A stretch of 64,000 nt of DNA, from positions 44,903,607 through 44,967,606 of the forward strand of contig NC_068998.1 of the NCBI RefSeq assembly GCF_001194135.2, given 5' to 3'. Under the pieces are notes generated by a model, which saw only the letters and a program-made list of their open reading frames with translations, was not told the origin of the DNA and searched no databases. This document shows positions 14,143 to 25,256 of this stretch, piece after piece (position 1 is the stretch's first letter; every line of letters starts with the position of its first letter). A program made the position numbers and the translations under genes. The stretch comes from Octopus bimaculoides. Lineage: Eukaryota.

Positions 14143-14173
<31 letters not shown>

Positions 14174-14557
14174 TCTGTTAATCTTCCAGAATATAACCCC
14201 GCCATTAATCCACCAGTGCACTGTATCGGGGGTCAACCAGTCAACCAGTTCTCAGTGATTCCATTCTCTCTCTGGTAGAAACATTAAGTCAGTTGTGATA
14301 TTAATTTTAATTACATGTTTCATTAATAATTCAGCAGTAATTAGATGTTCTCTATTGTCTGTTTAACCCCCACCTCAAGGCAGAGAGACAGAGACACATC
14401 GTGATAATAAATGATATTTTCCTGTTTCCTGTTTCCTGAAACCATTGGAATTAGATCCCCTGGTGAATGGTGTTGTTATTGCTGTGGACAACGGCAATGC
14501 CCTCATACTCACCAATATATAATTGTTGTTTTATGCTTGAATATTCTTTCTTAGAGT

Positions 14558-14940
14558 GGAGGTGCAATGGCCCAGTGGTTAGGGCAGCAGACTCACGGTC
14601 ATAGGATCGCAGTTTCGATTCCCAAACCGGGCATTGTGAATGTTTATTGAGCCAAAACACCTAAAGCTCCACGAGGCTCCGGCAGGGGATGGTGGCGAAC
14701 CCTGCTGTACTCTTTCACCACAACTTTCTCTCACTCTTACTTCCTGTTTCTGTTGTGCCTGTAATTCAAAGGGTCAGCCTTGTCACACTGTGTCACGCTG
14801 AATATCCCCGAGAACTACGTTAAGGGTACACGTGTCTGTGGAGTGCTCAGCCACTTGCACGTTAATTTCATGAGCAGGCTGTTCCGTTGATTGGATCAAC
14901 TGGAACCCTTGATGTCGTAAGCGACAGAGTGCCAACAACA
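14558..14940 (+). mobile_element. SINE family D, apparently full length
   Basis: tRNA-like head ggaggtgcaatggcccagtggttagg...gtttcgattccc; 3' module shared with 21000-21135 and 48100-48160. Confidence 0.85.
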
Positions 14941-15214
14941 TTCTTTCTTAGAACTCCCAGAACTCCTGAGTATTCATGGTACTCTTTAGTATTCTGGGTA
15001 CTCCTGATATCTTTTATTTTTTACTTGTTTCAGTCATTAGACTGCAGCCATGCTGGGGCACCACCTTGAAGAAATTTTAGTCAGAAGAATCAACCATATT
15101 TCATGTTTTTTTTTAAGCCTACTACTTATTCTATTGGTCTCCAACTTACCATCTCTGGTCAGATCGTCTAACATATGCCAGCATGAAAAACGGACAAGGT
15201 TGATTATGCATCTC

Positions 15215-15735
15215 ATCCTTTCAGGATCAATAAATTAAATACCAGTGAATCACTGGGGTTGATGTAATCGACTATCCCCCTCCCCTCAAAATTTCAGGCC
15301 TTGTGCCTTTAGTAGAAAGGATTATTTATTATTATTATAACAACAATACCTGGCAGAATCATTAGCATGTTAGACAGTATCTTTAGTGGCAATTATTTTG
15401 TCTCTTTATGTTCCAAATTCAGATACCGCTGAGGCCTTTACCTTTCATCCTTTCAAGATCAATAAATTAAACTACCGATCAAGAACTGGGGTCAGTGTAC
15501 TTAACTTGCCCTCTCCCCTCAAAACTGTGGGCCTTGCATCAAAATAAGAAAGAATTATTATTGTTGTTGCTGTTAGTAGTTGATTGGCAGAATTAGTGAA
15601 GCAGTGAACAGAATGCCTTGTGATGTTTAATTACTTCCATTAATCTTTTGGATTCAAACACAGCAAGCTTGAATTTATCTTTCATCCATTGGCAGTCAAT
15701 AGGATTATGCCCTGGTCAAAAACTGGGCATGATCT
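15215..15735 (+). mobile_element. Chain of three SINE family B copies
   Basis: Each has ggcagaat...cctttcatcctttc...gataaattaa.tacc...ctggggt...; separated by (TTA)n/(TTG)n tails. Confidence 0.75.
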
Positions 15736-16064
15736 TAAGAGACTTCACTCTCTCTTTCTCTAATAATTTAAATTATTAGGTTTATGACTCATGGTTCAAG
15801 AAATCAATTGTAAGTTTCCTTTCTTGATACCAAATTTACATACATCTTGAAGATCTTGTTTAAAGGTAAGCAAGGTTAACATGAATGTACAATGGAAAAT
15901 GAACAAAGAGTATTCAGGGTTAACAAAAGGATATTAATAAATGCTGAATTTTGTTTATAGAGGTAGTCCTATTTTCTGGAATATGTCTGTGTCCTTATAA
16001 AGAATTTGTCGTTGCCCTTATTAAAATGCTGGTGTATCTTTCCAACTATAATCAACTTCAATAT

Positions 16065-16460
16065 CATATGTTAATTTTGATAACTTTGATAGGTTTTGGC
16101 CACAATAGGCCCAGCCCATATTTAACTTAACAGCACCACGTGGTGAATTCTTTTCATAATATATGGAGCACCATGGCCTACTCTAGCAAGGAGTTATTAT
16201 TGTTGCAGATATATCCAGGTGTAGGAGGTTGGTCCAGGATTTTTTTGAATAATTTGTCCAGAGAAGTTTTGAATTTAATGGGTTCCATTTTGACGTATTT
16301 TGCTATAATATTAAAGAGAGCTGGACTGGTTTAGGTAAAGTAGTTGTGTCATAATGTTATTGTGTGTCCTGAGTTCGATTTTTGTAATGGATGGATAGCA
16401 GGTGGGGCTAAGTCTTGGGTGGATTTTGAAATTGATGCCAACATCATTTGTTCAGTATTG
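16065..16460 (-). mobile_element. CR1/L2-type LINE 3' end (ORF2 C-terminus plus 3' UTR)
   Basis: Minus: NDVGINFKIHPRL... then frameshift to PALFNIIAKYVKMEPIKFKTSLDKLFKKILDQPPTPGYICNNNNSLLE*; 3' UTR with ggcc-loop-ggcc hairpin and atcaaagtt repeat. Confidence 0.75.
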
Positions 16461-16563
16461 ATGGAATATTTATCAGACACATTCTTTAATTTACAGACAT
16501 ATTTTTAATTCGATTGCTAGGTTGGTATAACTTCCAAAACTTTTCTTCTCATTTGTGCACATT

Positions 16564-16594
<31 letters not shown>

Positions 16595-16634
16595 CCATCA
16601 GCAGCAGCAGCATTGATTACAGCAACATTTTCAA

Positions 16635-16737
16635 AGTGGTGGAGTGGCAGAATTCTTAGAGCAAAGCAAAAAAATGTCTTGTTGCATTTTTCTGACTCTT
16701 TTCATTCTGAGCTCAAATCCTGGCAAGGGGTCAACTT

Positions 16738-16786
<49 letters not shown>
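16635..16786 (+). mobile_element. 5' half of SINE family B ending in a ~46-nt poly(T) run
   Basis: ggtggagtggcagaat...ttctgagctcaaatcc...ggtcaactttgcc then T run 16741-16786. Confidence 0.7.
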
Positions 16787-16787
<1 letters not shown>

Positions 16788-17266
16788 ATGAAATAAAATA
16801 CAAGCAAATTATTAAATCCAGTGTAGCTGACTAACCACACTTCTCAAAAATTGCTAGACTCCTGCCTAAATCAGAAACCACTATTGTTATAGTCATGGTT
16901 GTTGTTGCTATAATTCATTTTTGATGAGGGTTTTATTAGATAGCAATTGTGTTTTCCAATTCTCCCATGGTTCTGGAGCAAATGCTAGAAATCAGTGCAG
17001 TATAATATTTTGTGGATCAGTTCATGAAGGCAAGCTCTCCAAGTTATGGGACATCATTTATAAGGTAAACAAAACATTGTGCATACCATAGTTTTCTGTG
17101 ACAACTCATCATATAAATGTAAGTAGAATCCTTTCAAGAAAGCCATTTACTTTGTTTTGTAAGTTTTTTGTTTGTGTATTTTCTCCTTTTATTGCTATTG
17201 TGTTAGGCTTCAGTATTTTATTCCCAAAGATTTGTTATCATGAACACATAACAGCATTTACTTAAA

Positions 17267-17358
<92 letters not shown>

Positions 17359-17796
17359 GTATATAACTTTATTGTGTGTATGATATTGATTTAATTGATT
17401 CTGACAATATCGTCTACCATAATATCAGCATCATTTTTAACAACATTGAACTGTTTAGCAGATTTATTATTATTATTATTATTTCTGTTTTTCATGTAGG
17501 TGTGCTTGCACACAGATATATGTCTAACCTTATTTCATATAACTCTCTACATAAATCTGATTACTTGATATGTCAAAAAACTTTATAAAATTTGCAAGAA
17601 TTTTTTTTCAGTTATTTTTTCCAAATTAATTTTTTTCACTAATGTGTGAATACACTTGTGCATAGTGGGCTGTTATGTATTATCTTCTTTCAGTGAAAAC
17701 ATATGTCTTGACAATATTTCCAGACCTGTAGAGCTACCATATAAGACTATAAAAATACTTCACTATAATACCCTTGTTCAATATATACCTTACTCA

Positions 17797-18010
17797 AGGT
17801 GGTGAGCTAGCAGAATTGTTAACATGATGGGTGAAATGCTTAGTGGCATTTCGTCCATTTCCCCTTTCTGAGTTCAAATTCCACTAAGATCCATTCTGCT
17901 TTTCCTCCTTTCAGGTTCGATAAAGTAAGTACCAGTTGTGTATTGGGAGTAATATAATCAATTTACCCCTTCCTCAGACTTTCAGGCCTTGTGCCAAAAT
18001 TTGAAACCAA
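17797..18010 (+). mobile_element. SINE family B, full length
   Basis: ggtggtgagctagcagaattgtt...ttctgagttcaaattcc...cctttcaggttcgataaagtaagtaccag...ggccttgtgccaaaatttgaaacc; reverse complement of 44592-44808. Confidence 0.85.
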
Positions 18011-18318
18011 TATGTACCTTACTTGCCTGTGTTCAAATCTTGTATTTCTTTGTTTGACTGGCTTTATAGTTGTGATGGAAGATCCCTAGCGAAACATACA
18101 GCAAGCATATCTGCTTTACACTATTTCCCTTTCTGCTGTGTTTGGAGGGATACATAATTCTGGTAGATACCATATTAGCTCTTAGTTAAGTTCCAGTTAA
18201 CAGCTAACCACAATGATCAGTATTTAACGTCTGTGACTGCAATGTATTGTGAGTTACTCAGTCAATTCTTTCAATGGGTATTATATAGCTATATACAGCA
18301 TGCTGTATATAGCTATAA

Positions 18319-18548
18319 AATAAATTTTTTGGATGTACAAGACTCCATAAACTTTGTTATTAATAAAAATTCTCAGAGGTCACTACACTCTCGGAGTGGT
18401 TGGCGTTAGGAAGGGCATCCAGCTGTAGAAACTTTGCCAGATCAGATTGGAGCCTGGTGCAGCCTTCTGGCTTGCCAGTCCTCAGTCAAACCATCCAACC
18501 CATGCCAGCATGGAAAGTAGACGTTAAACGACAATGATGATGATGATG
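18319..18548 (+). mobile_element. RTE LINE 3' UTR fragment with (GAT)n tail
   Basis: gagtggttggcgttaggaagggcatccagctgtag...gcatggaaagtagacgttaaacgac(aat)(gat)n; homologous to the 3' UTR of the RTE remnant at 54231-54670. Confidence 0.8.
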
Positions 18549-20130
18549 CTATAGATAGATAGATAGATATATGTAAGTATATAGATACACACACACACAC
18601 ACACACACATATTTTTTTTCTTACACAACAATTAATATGATATCAATTAAATGACCAACAAGACGGTCAGAGAATGACTGTATTGTTATTCTGTGGGGAA
18701 TGCTTGAGACAGCCAGTAGGTGCATGTGGCAATTAACTGTGGGCATTCTTGCAAAACCATCGTCAGGAGTCTGATATAGGTCATTGATAGTGAAACTGCT
18801 AATGAACTTAGGACACTGACAATGAAACAGGATATATGGTGCATACATTATCATGCAAACAATGGTGGTAGTGGAGGTGATAAGGATGATGATGATGACA
18901 ACAATGCTGATACTGATGATGCTGCCAGAAATAAATGATAGCTTTATGTGAGTCGGTATCTTAGTTGTTCTATTATCTTCAAATCATTTTTAAAGTAACA
19001 TAATTACATAGCTATTAGAGGAACAGTAGCCATTGTAGTGGATTAACCAGTGTAACATCGTCACTGACAAAGACTCTCAACTCACGTTATCTTTGTCTGG
19101 TCGAAATAAGGGCAATGAAGATGTGCACTTAGCTGTATAGGCAGCTGTTGGCAGGACCAGGTTCTTCATAGTGGGGACTGAGTACATTTTTTATCCCACT
19201 GCTCACACGGGGCAGGTTGTTCTCAACTATACTAAAAAGTTCCTTCTACGCTACACCATCTCTGCTGGCTCCAGATACAAACCCATCAAGGCACACTCGG
19301 GGAAACAGTGTAAATATTTTTCCCTCTGTGTACTTACAATATTACATTTACTGTTACATTTAATATTTCAGCTAAGTAGGGCTAACGAAGTTGCTGGACT
19401 TGTTAAATGTCTCAGTCTGGGCCACCCTTGAGAAGCCTTTAAAATCGATCCAACATTTTGAATCTTAAAATCTAGAATACAATACTATGTAGAGGGCTAT
19501 GACAGTATGGAACTATGACACTGAGGACACTATTGTATTCAGAATATTATAGTGTTTAAGGGACTTCATCATTAATATACTTTAGTTTGTAGAGTACCAT
19601 GGCAACTGAACTATAGTATCTTGGGTACTATAATATTTAGACTACTATGCTCACAGTCAATGCAAAATAACTGCAGCTAAAGCATTTGCCATGCAATTAG
19701 CTATGGCACAAAATAATATACCAGTTATCTAGGGTGTTGAAGCAGTTGATTGTTATCATTCTGTGAAATAGTCCAATGCAGTGAATCAGCACAAGAATAT
19801 TTGTTTTTTGTGGCTCAACAATTACAAGATCTAGATTAACACAAGGCTTCAACTCAGGAACTTTTTGTTTGTAACCCAACACTTTATGACATACTAGCCA
19901 CTGTTGGAATCCAGGTTCAATGTATTCTACAAATGACAAGGATTTTCAGGAACCAAGGACTTCCTTCCAGTTTCTTCAATATTAAATAGATAAGTGACAC
20001 ATCTTCCCTGCTTGTAACTCTGAGATACCTGCTGGAGATGCAAAAGGATTTCATACAATGTGATAGCTTAAAGTATCTCTTGCAATTTCTGCTTCAGGCA
20101 AAGCATCTTTTGCACTTATTTCCCTTTTGC

Positions 20131-20166
<36 letters not shown>

Positions 20167-20173
<7 letters not shown>

Positions 20174-20416
20174 GAATTATAATAAATGGAGTAAAATGCG
20201 TATAATCAATAAGTTCCTTTAATTCCTACATATGTTTCAAAATATATGTGCACTCTACTCCAGAGAAGTAAGAGGTGCTGACGATGAATTTATGTGCAAT
20301 TCCAGCACCTCTTACTTCTTTGGAGTAGAGTGCACATATATTTTGAAACATATGTAGGAATTAAAGGAACTTATTGACTATACGTGTTTTGCTCCATTTA
20401 TTATTATTCTTCATAT
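20167..20416 (+). mobile_element. Fold-back (inverted) Penelope-like terminal-repeat remnant containing a hammerhead core
   Basis: Arms 20167-20280 and 20303-20416 are reverse complements with few mismatches; CTGACGA at 20278-84, GAAACATATGTA at 20345-56; begins at the end of a (TA)n tract. Confidence 0.65.
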
Positions 20417-20855
20417 CTACGCAAAATACATCACTTTAACNNNNNNNNNNNNNNNNNNNNNNNNNNNNNNNNNNNNNNNNNNNNNNNNNNNNNNNNNNNN
20501 NNNNNNNNNNNNNNNNNNNNNNNNNNNNNNNNNNNNNNNNNNNNNNNNNNNNNNNNNNNNNNNNNNNNNNNNNNNNNNNNNNNNNNNNNNNNNNNNNNNN
20601 NNNNNNNNNNNNNNNNNNNNNNNNNNNNNNNNNNNNNNNNNNNNNNNNNNNNNNNNNNNNNNNNNNNNNNNNNNNNNNNNNNNNNNNNNNNNNNNNNNNN
20701 NNNNNNNNNNNNNNNNNNNNNNNNNNNNNNNNNNNNNNNNNNNNNNNNNNNNNNNNNNNNNNNNNNNNNNNNNNNNNNNNNNNNNNNNNNNNNNNNNNNN
20801 NNNNNNNNNNNNNNNNNNNNNNNNNNNNNNNNNNNNNNNNNNNNTATATATCTGA

Positions 20856-21135
20856 AGGCACATGGATTAGTGTTTAGGGCATTCAGCTAATGGTCATAAG
20901 GTAATGAGTTCAATTCCTGGTGGTGTATTGTGTTCTTGAGCAAGACACTTTCTTTTACGCTGCTCCAGTTCACTCAGCTGGTAAAAATGAGTTGTATCTG
21001 TATTTCAAAGGGCCAGCTTTGTCACATTCTGTGTTTTGCTGAATCTCCTTGACTCAGCCAAACATGCACGTTAATTTCAAGAGCCAGGCTGTTCCATCGA
21101 TCAGACCAACTGGAACCCTTATCGTCGTGAGTGTC
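20856..21135 (+). mobile_element. Chimeric SINE: family C head and core with family D 3' module
   Basis: 5' part matches 10500-10630 (rc) and 44140; 3' part matches 14765-14930. Confidence 0.7.
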
Positions 21136-22291
21136 AGTGCTAGTATTATATATGTGTGCGTGTGTGTGTGTGTGTGTGCATTATTTTCACCTCACCTTTT
21201 TACCTGTTCTAAATAGCTACCAGTTGAATCACAAATTACAAGCCACTGAAACACTAAACAATGTTCCTGTACTGTGATTAGTTTCTCCAACTAAATTTAA
21301 AATACCTAATTTTATTTCTTTTTTTTATTTTCATATTTTTATCTATACCTTTTTAAAAGAATTTTTTTTTTTATCATAGCCCCCTCATATTCAACAACAA
21401 CCACTACCATTGCTCTCTTAGATCATAATTAATATCCATATGCGTTTTAAAATTAATAGCTTTACTTTAATTATTAAAAACAAAAAATACATTATAATAA
21501 CACTTGCCTAAAAAATGTATATAAAATAATAACAAATTTAAAAACACTAAAATTTTTTTTTTTTTTTTCATAAACAGGATGTTATTTTAGAAAGCAAATT
21601 ATCATCAGATCAAAATTTTCTAATGTGAGGAACTGTGAGGGCTGGAGTGGTTTTAGCATGGTTGGGGTAGTTGAAGGTATAAAGGATACAGTAACTGGGA
21701 AAATTAAATTGATGACGAAGAGAAAATTCAGTGTTCATTCTCTTGACAAAGTGCATTAACTCAAATTTTAATTTTCTCCCAATATTTATTTTTTCTTTTT
21801 TAAGAATTCATTTTTTGCTTCTTCAAACTCATCTCCTTTTCCTAATTTGTCATTACTATCATAATTGTCTTCTTCCAATTCTTCTTTTACACAAATCTTG
21901 AAGGGAGGATCAGTCAAATAAATCGACCTCCATACTACACTGATGCTGCATTTTATCAATCTCCCAAAGGAAAGAAAAATGCAAAGTTGGTGTCAGCAAG
22001 AATCTTAGCATGAAACACTACTGAATACCATATTGTTAGTCGAAGCTAGATTTGAACTTGCATCTTAGGGATATTTAACATTGCTATAGTATCGAATCTA
22101 GGTTCAAACCACCACCACCAGTTACCTCTCATTTAAGATATTACCACATTTTCAGTTTAGTTTAGATATTATTTCTGACAACTTCCTTGCTCTCTGTTTC
22201 TATTTTCTCCTTTCCTTTCATTGCAATGTGAAATAAATGATAAAGGATAAAAAACTGTTTTAAATTTTCTTAGATTAATTTTATGTCTATA

Positions 22292-22691
22292 GGCACAGGA
22301 GTGGCTGTGTGGTAAGTAGCTTGCTTACCAGCCACATGGTTCCGGGTTCAGTCCTACTGCGTGGCATCTTGGGCAAGTGTCTTCTACTATAGCCTCGGAC
22401 CGACCAAAGCCTTGTGAGTGGATTTGATAGACGGAAACTGAAAGAAGCCCGTCGTATATATGTATATATATATGTGTGTGTTTGTGTTTGTCCCCCTAGT
22501 ATTGCTTGACAGCCGATGCTGTGTGTTTATGTCCCCATCACTTTACAGTTCGGCAAAAGAGACCGATAGAATAAGTACTAGGCCTACAAAGAATAAGTCC
22601 CAGGGTCAGTTTGCTCAACTAAAGGTGGTGCTCCAGCATGGCCACAGTCAAATGACTGAAGCGAGTAAAAGAGAGAAAAGAGAGAAAGAGT
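22292..22691 (+). mobile_element. SINE family A, full length
   Basis: Head, internal (TA)(TG) tract, tail ending aaaagagagaaaag. Confidence 0.92.
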
Positions 22692-23698
22692 TCTTCATCC
22701 AGAACATTTTTGTTGTTGAAAAACAAGTGTAAAATTTGTCTCCTTGTTAGGACTGAAGGGACACAATCAGTTATTTGAGTGACAAATTTAATGTGTCACC
22801 TGGTTTACCACCACTACATGATCCATGGGTAACTCTAGCAGATTCTTCTCTGTTGCATGTGTTCAGGCCAGGACTGTGGTTTGAGGATTGACTTCCTACT
22901 TTCTTTCTTTCTTTCCTCTAGCCACAGAAATCCTGATAAGAGCCATGAGCCCTGTCTTTCCTCCCTTTAGTTTCAGAAACCATGGAAATAATCGTGAACA
23001 TCACATTTCTTCCACTAACTCACCTTAAAAAAAGTCAGAAAAACACATAATGAAATTAATAAATAATAAATTAAAATTAGTTCGGTTTTTTTTTTTTATT
23101 ACAAACATTTGTGAACAATAGGTTTGTTTGATGTCTGAGATGAAAGAGCAATCTAGCTAATGAATCACTGAACAATATTGATATTAGCACAAGGTCAGAA
23201 ATTTAGAAGGGAAGGAACAGTCAATTATATTGACTTCTGTTATTGGTGCAATAATTTTAACAACCCTGGAAGGAAGAGAAGCAAAGTCAGCCTTAGAGGG
23301 ATAACGACTCTGAATATAAATTAGTTGATTCTCTCCATGCCTTGATGCACATGAGGCTGTGGCTCAGTCTCTCCAACCAGTTCTGTTTTCTGCCACTGTT
23401 CAGGTCTCATTTCAGATTCTTTACCCTTCTCGTTTCCTTTTGTGGTCAATAATCCTTCACTGCATAATGAAGTCCTCAGTATGGTCTTTAGCAGAGCAAA
23501 GCAAAGCCATGATATATCTGGTACAAAGTACACCAGTGAATAAATAACAACAACAACAATGAGTTCAGGTTGCATAATCTCCAATTCACATATATTTTTA
23601 ATGCTTTAATCAATATGCCTCTGGGAAGCAGACATTGAGGTTACTCCAAAAATCGTTTGAAAATTGATTAAGGCAGTTCATATTTTTTTTAGAAAATA

Positions 23699-23860
23699 GG
23701 CACAAACGTGGTTGTGAGGTAAGAAGTCAGCTTCACAGACACACGGTTCTGGGTTCAGTCCCACTACATTTCACCTTGAGCAAGTGTCTTCTTAGTTCCA
23801 GGCCTACCAAAGCTGTGTGAGTGGATTTGGTAGATGAGTAGATGGAAACTTAAAGAAGTT
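23699..23860 (+). mobile_element. SINE family A head only
   Basis: ggttctgggttcagtcccact...ttgagcaagtgtcttc...gtgagtggatttggtag. Confidence 0.8.
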
Positions 23861-24022
23861 TGTCATATTTTACCCAAAACTGGCACGGCCCCCACCATTG
23901 CTTGTACAACTGGTGCCAATTCCCTTGTGTTTCTGTATCTTATAAAATTCAGCAAAAAGGGACCAGCAGAATAAGAACCAGACTTTCTTCTATTCCTCCA
24001 CTTGCTTCAATTGATAACAATT

Positions 24023-24109
<87 letters not shown>

Positions 24110-24112
<3 letters not shown>

Positions 24113-24265
24113 CTGGAGTAAGCACATGAAATGTGCAACAAGGTGGAAAAAAGAGTACTCAAATACCAGAGGTAGCGTAATATGGTTTATTTAAAAGCAG
24201 CAGAAATATAACAAAAGACTGTTACTCTGAGTTTCACGTTCCCGTTCATTGGACAGTTTTGTTAG
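24110..24265 (-). mobile_element. Short Penelope-type terminal-repeat element carrying a hammerhead motif
   Basis: Minus strand: hammerhead motif, then AATAAA, ending directly in a (TA)n/(CT)n tract at 24030-24110. Confidence 0.6.
24218..24257 (-). ncRNA. Minimal type I hammerhead ribozyme motif (core variant CCAAUGA, probably inactive copy)
   Basis: ACUGU-CCAAUGA-ACG GGAA CGU-GAAA-CUC A GAG-UA|ACAGU: stems I, II and III all pair; GUA cleavage triplet; two core deviations (U4C, G5A). Confidence 0.65.
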
Positions 24266-24350
24266 AAATGGGAAAGGCATGGCATCATGGCACAAAAGTG
24301 ACAGCATAAATTTCTAATATTACTCCTCCACCACTACTCATCACCTAACC

Positions 24351-24684
24351 CAGTGGTACTCAATCAGTGTCCATATGGTCCCTGAGAGCCCTTATAAGAT
24401 TTTGTGTGGTGGAGGTGTCCATGCAACAAAATAGTAAATTGGTCGTCCACAATAGGGCCCTTGACAAAATTTTGCTTTGGATGTATTTCAAAAAACAGCT
24501 CAGTTGCTTTCTCTAATGTTTTACATAGTTCAACCTACACAAATTAATGTGTGAAAACTAAAATAGGAATTTTTAAAGAAGTTCCTATAAAATTAGTTTT
24601 TAAACATTGAATGGCTATGAGAGTCCACCAGAATAAGATAGTAATGAAAAGGGTCCATAGATAAAAAATGGTTGAAAACCCCTG
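24351..24684. mobile_element. hAT-family MITE (334 bp) with perfect 8-bp TSD
   Basis: Termini cagtggtactcaatc / ggttgaaaacccctg; TSD acctaacc at 24343-24350 and 24685-24692. Confidence 0.9.
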
Positions 24685-25204
24685 ACCTAACCTAACCCTG
24701 TTTTATCCCATTTTGGTCTTGTAAAACTAATAATAAAAAATAGCAAAATAATTTGAATAAAAAATATTAAAAACAAGGCAGTGAAGAAAGTTCAAACAAA
24801 AGAAACAAAGAATGAAAAGCTTNNNNNNNNNNNNNNNNNNNNNNNNNNNNNNNNNNNNNNNNNNNNNNNNNNNNNNNNNNNNNNNNNNNNNNNNNNNNNN
24901 NNNNNNNNNNNNNNNNNNNNNNNNNNNNNNNNNNNNNNNNNNNNNNNNNNNNNNNNNNNNNNNNNNNNNNNNGTCCTGTTGATCAGCATTTTCTTCAATA
25001 GTTGTCTTTATATAGTGTATTCTTTTTTGTTCTCAACAAAAAGAACAACAACAATTTTTTTCAATTAATGTTGGTGTAGGGTGTGTGCTGTTTGCTTTAG
25101 AATTTTTATCGGCCAATTACTATTTTTTTTTACTTTGTCTGATGTCCAAGATAGTCAATATTTGAAGGCAAGAAATATAAACACAAAGTTAAACCCTAAA
25201 ATTA

Positions 25205-25249
<45 letters not shown>

Positions 25250-25256
<7 letters not shown>

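Noticed and set aside
14558-14630. tRNA-like sequences at SINE heads (also 8435, 22292, 44140, 47685)
   Set aside because: A/B-box-like motifs are present, but no complete cloverleaf was evident and they continue into repeat bodies, so they are SINE heads.
19100-19440. GC-elevated unique segment with an 86-codon ORF and a 61-nt intron-like piece
   Set aside because: No recognisable homology or consistent exon structure; could be an old TE fragment.
19690-20110. Possible pogo/Tigger transposase (FNIEETG resembles FNxDETG)
   Set aside because: Flanking motifs do not line up convincingly; needs a frameshift-aware search.
21790-21900. Acidic peptide KICVKEELEEDNYDSNDKLGKGDEFEEAKNEFLKKKK on the minus strand
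   Set aside because: Purine-rich low complexity continuing from a SINE B tail; no credible splice sites.
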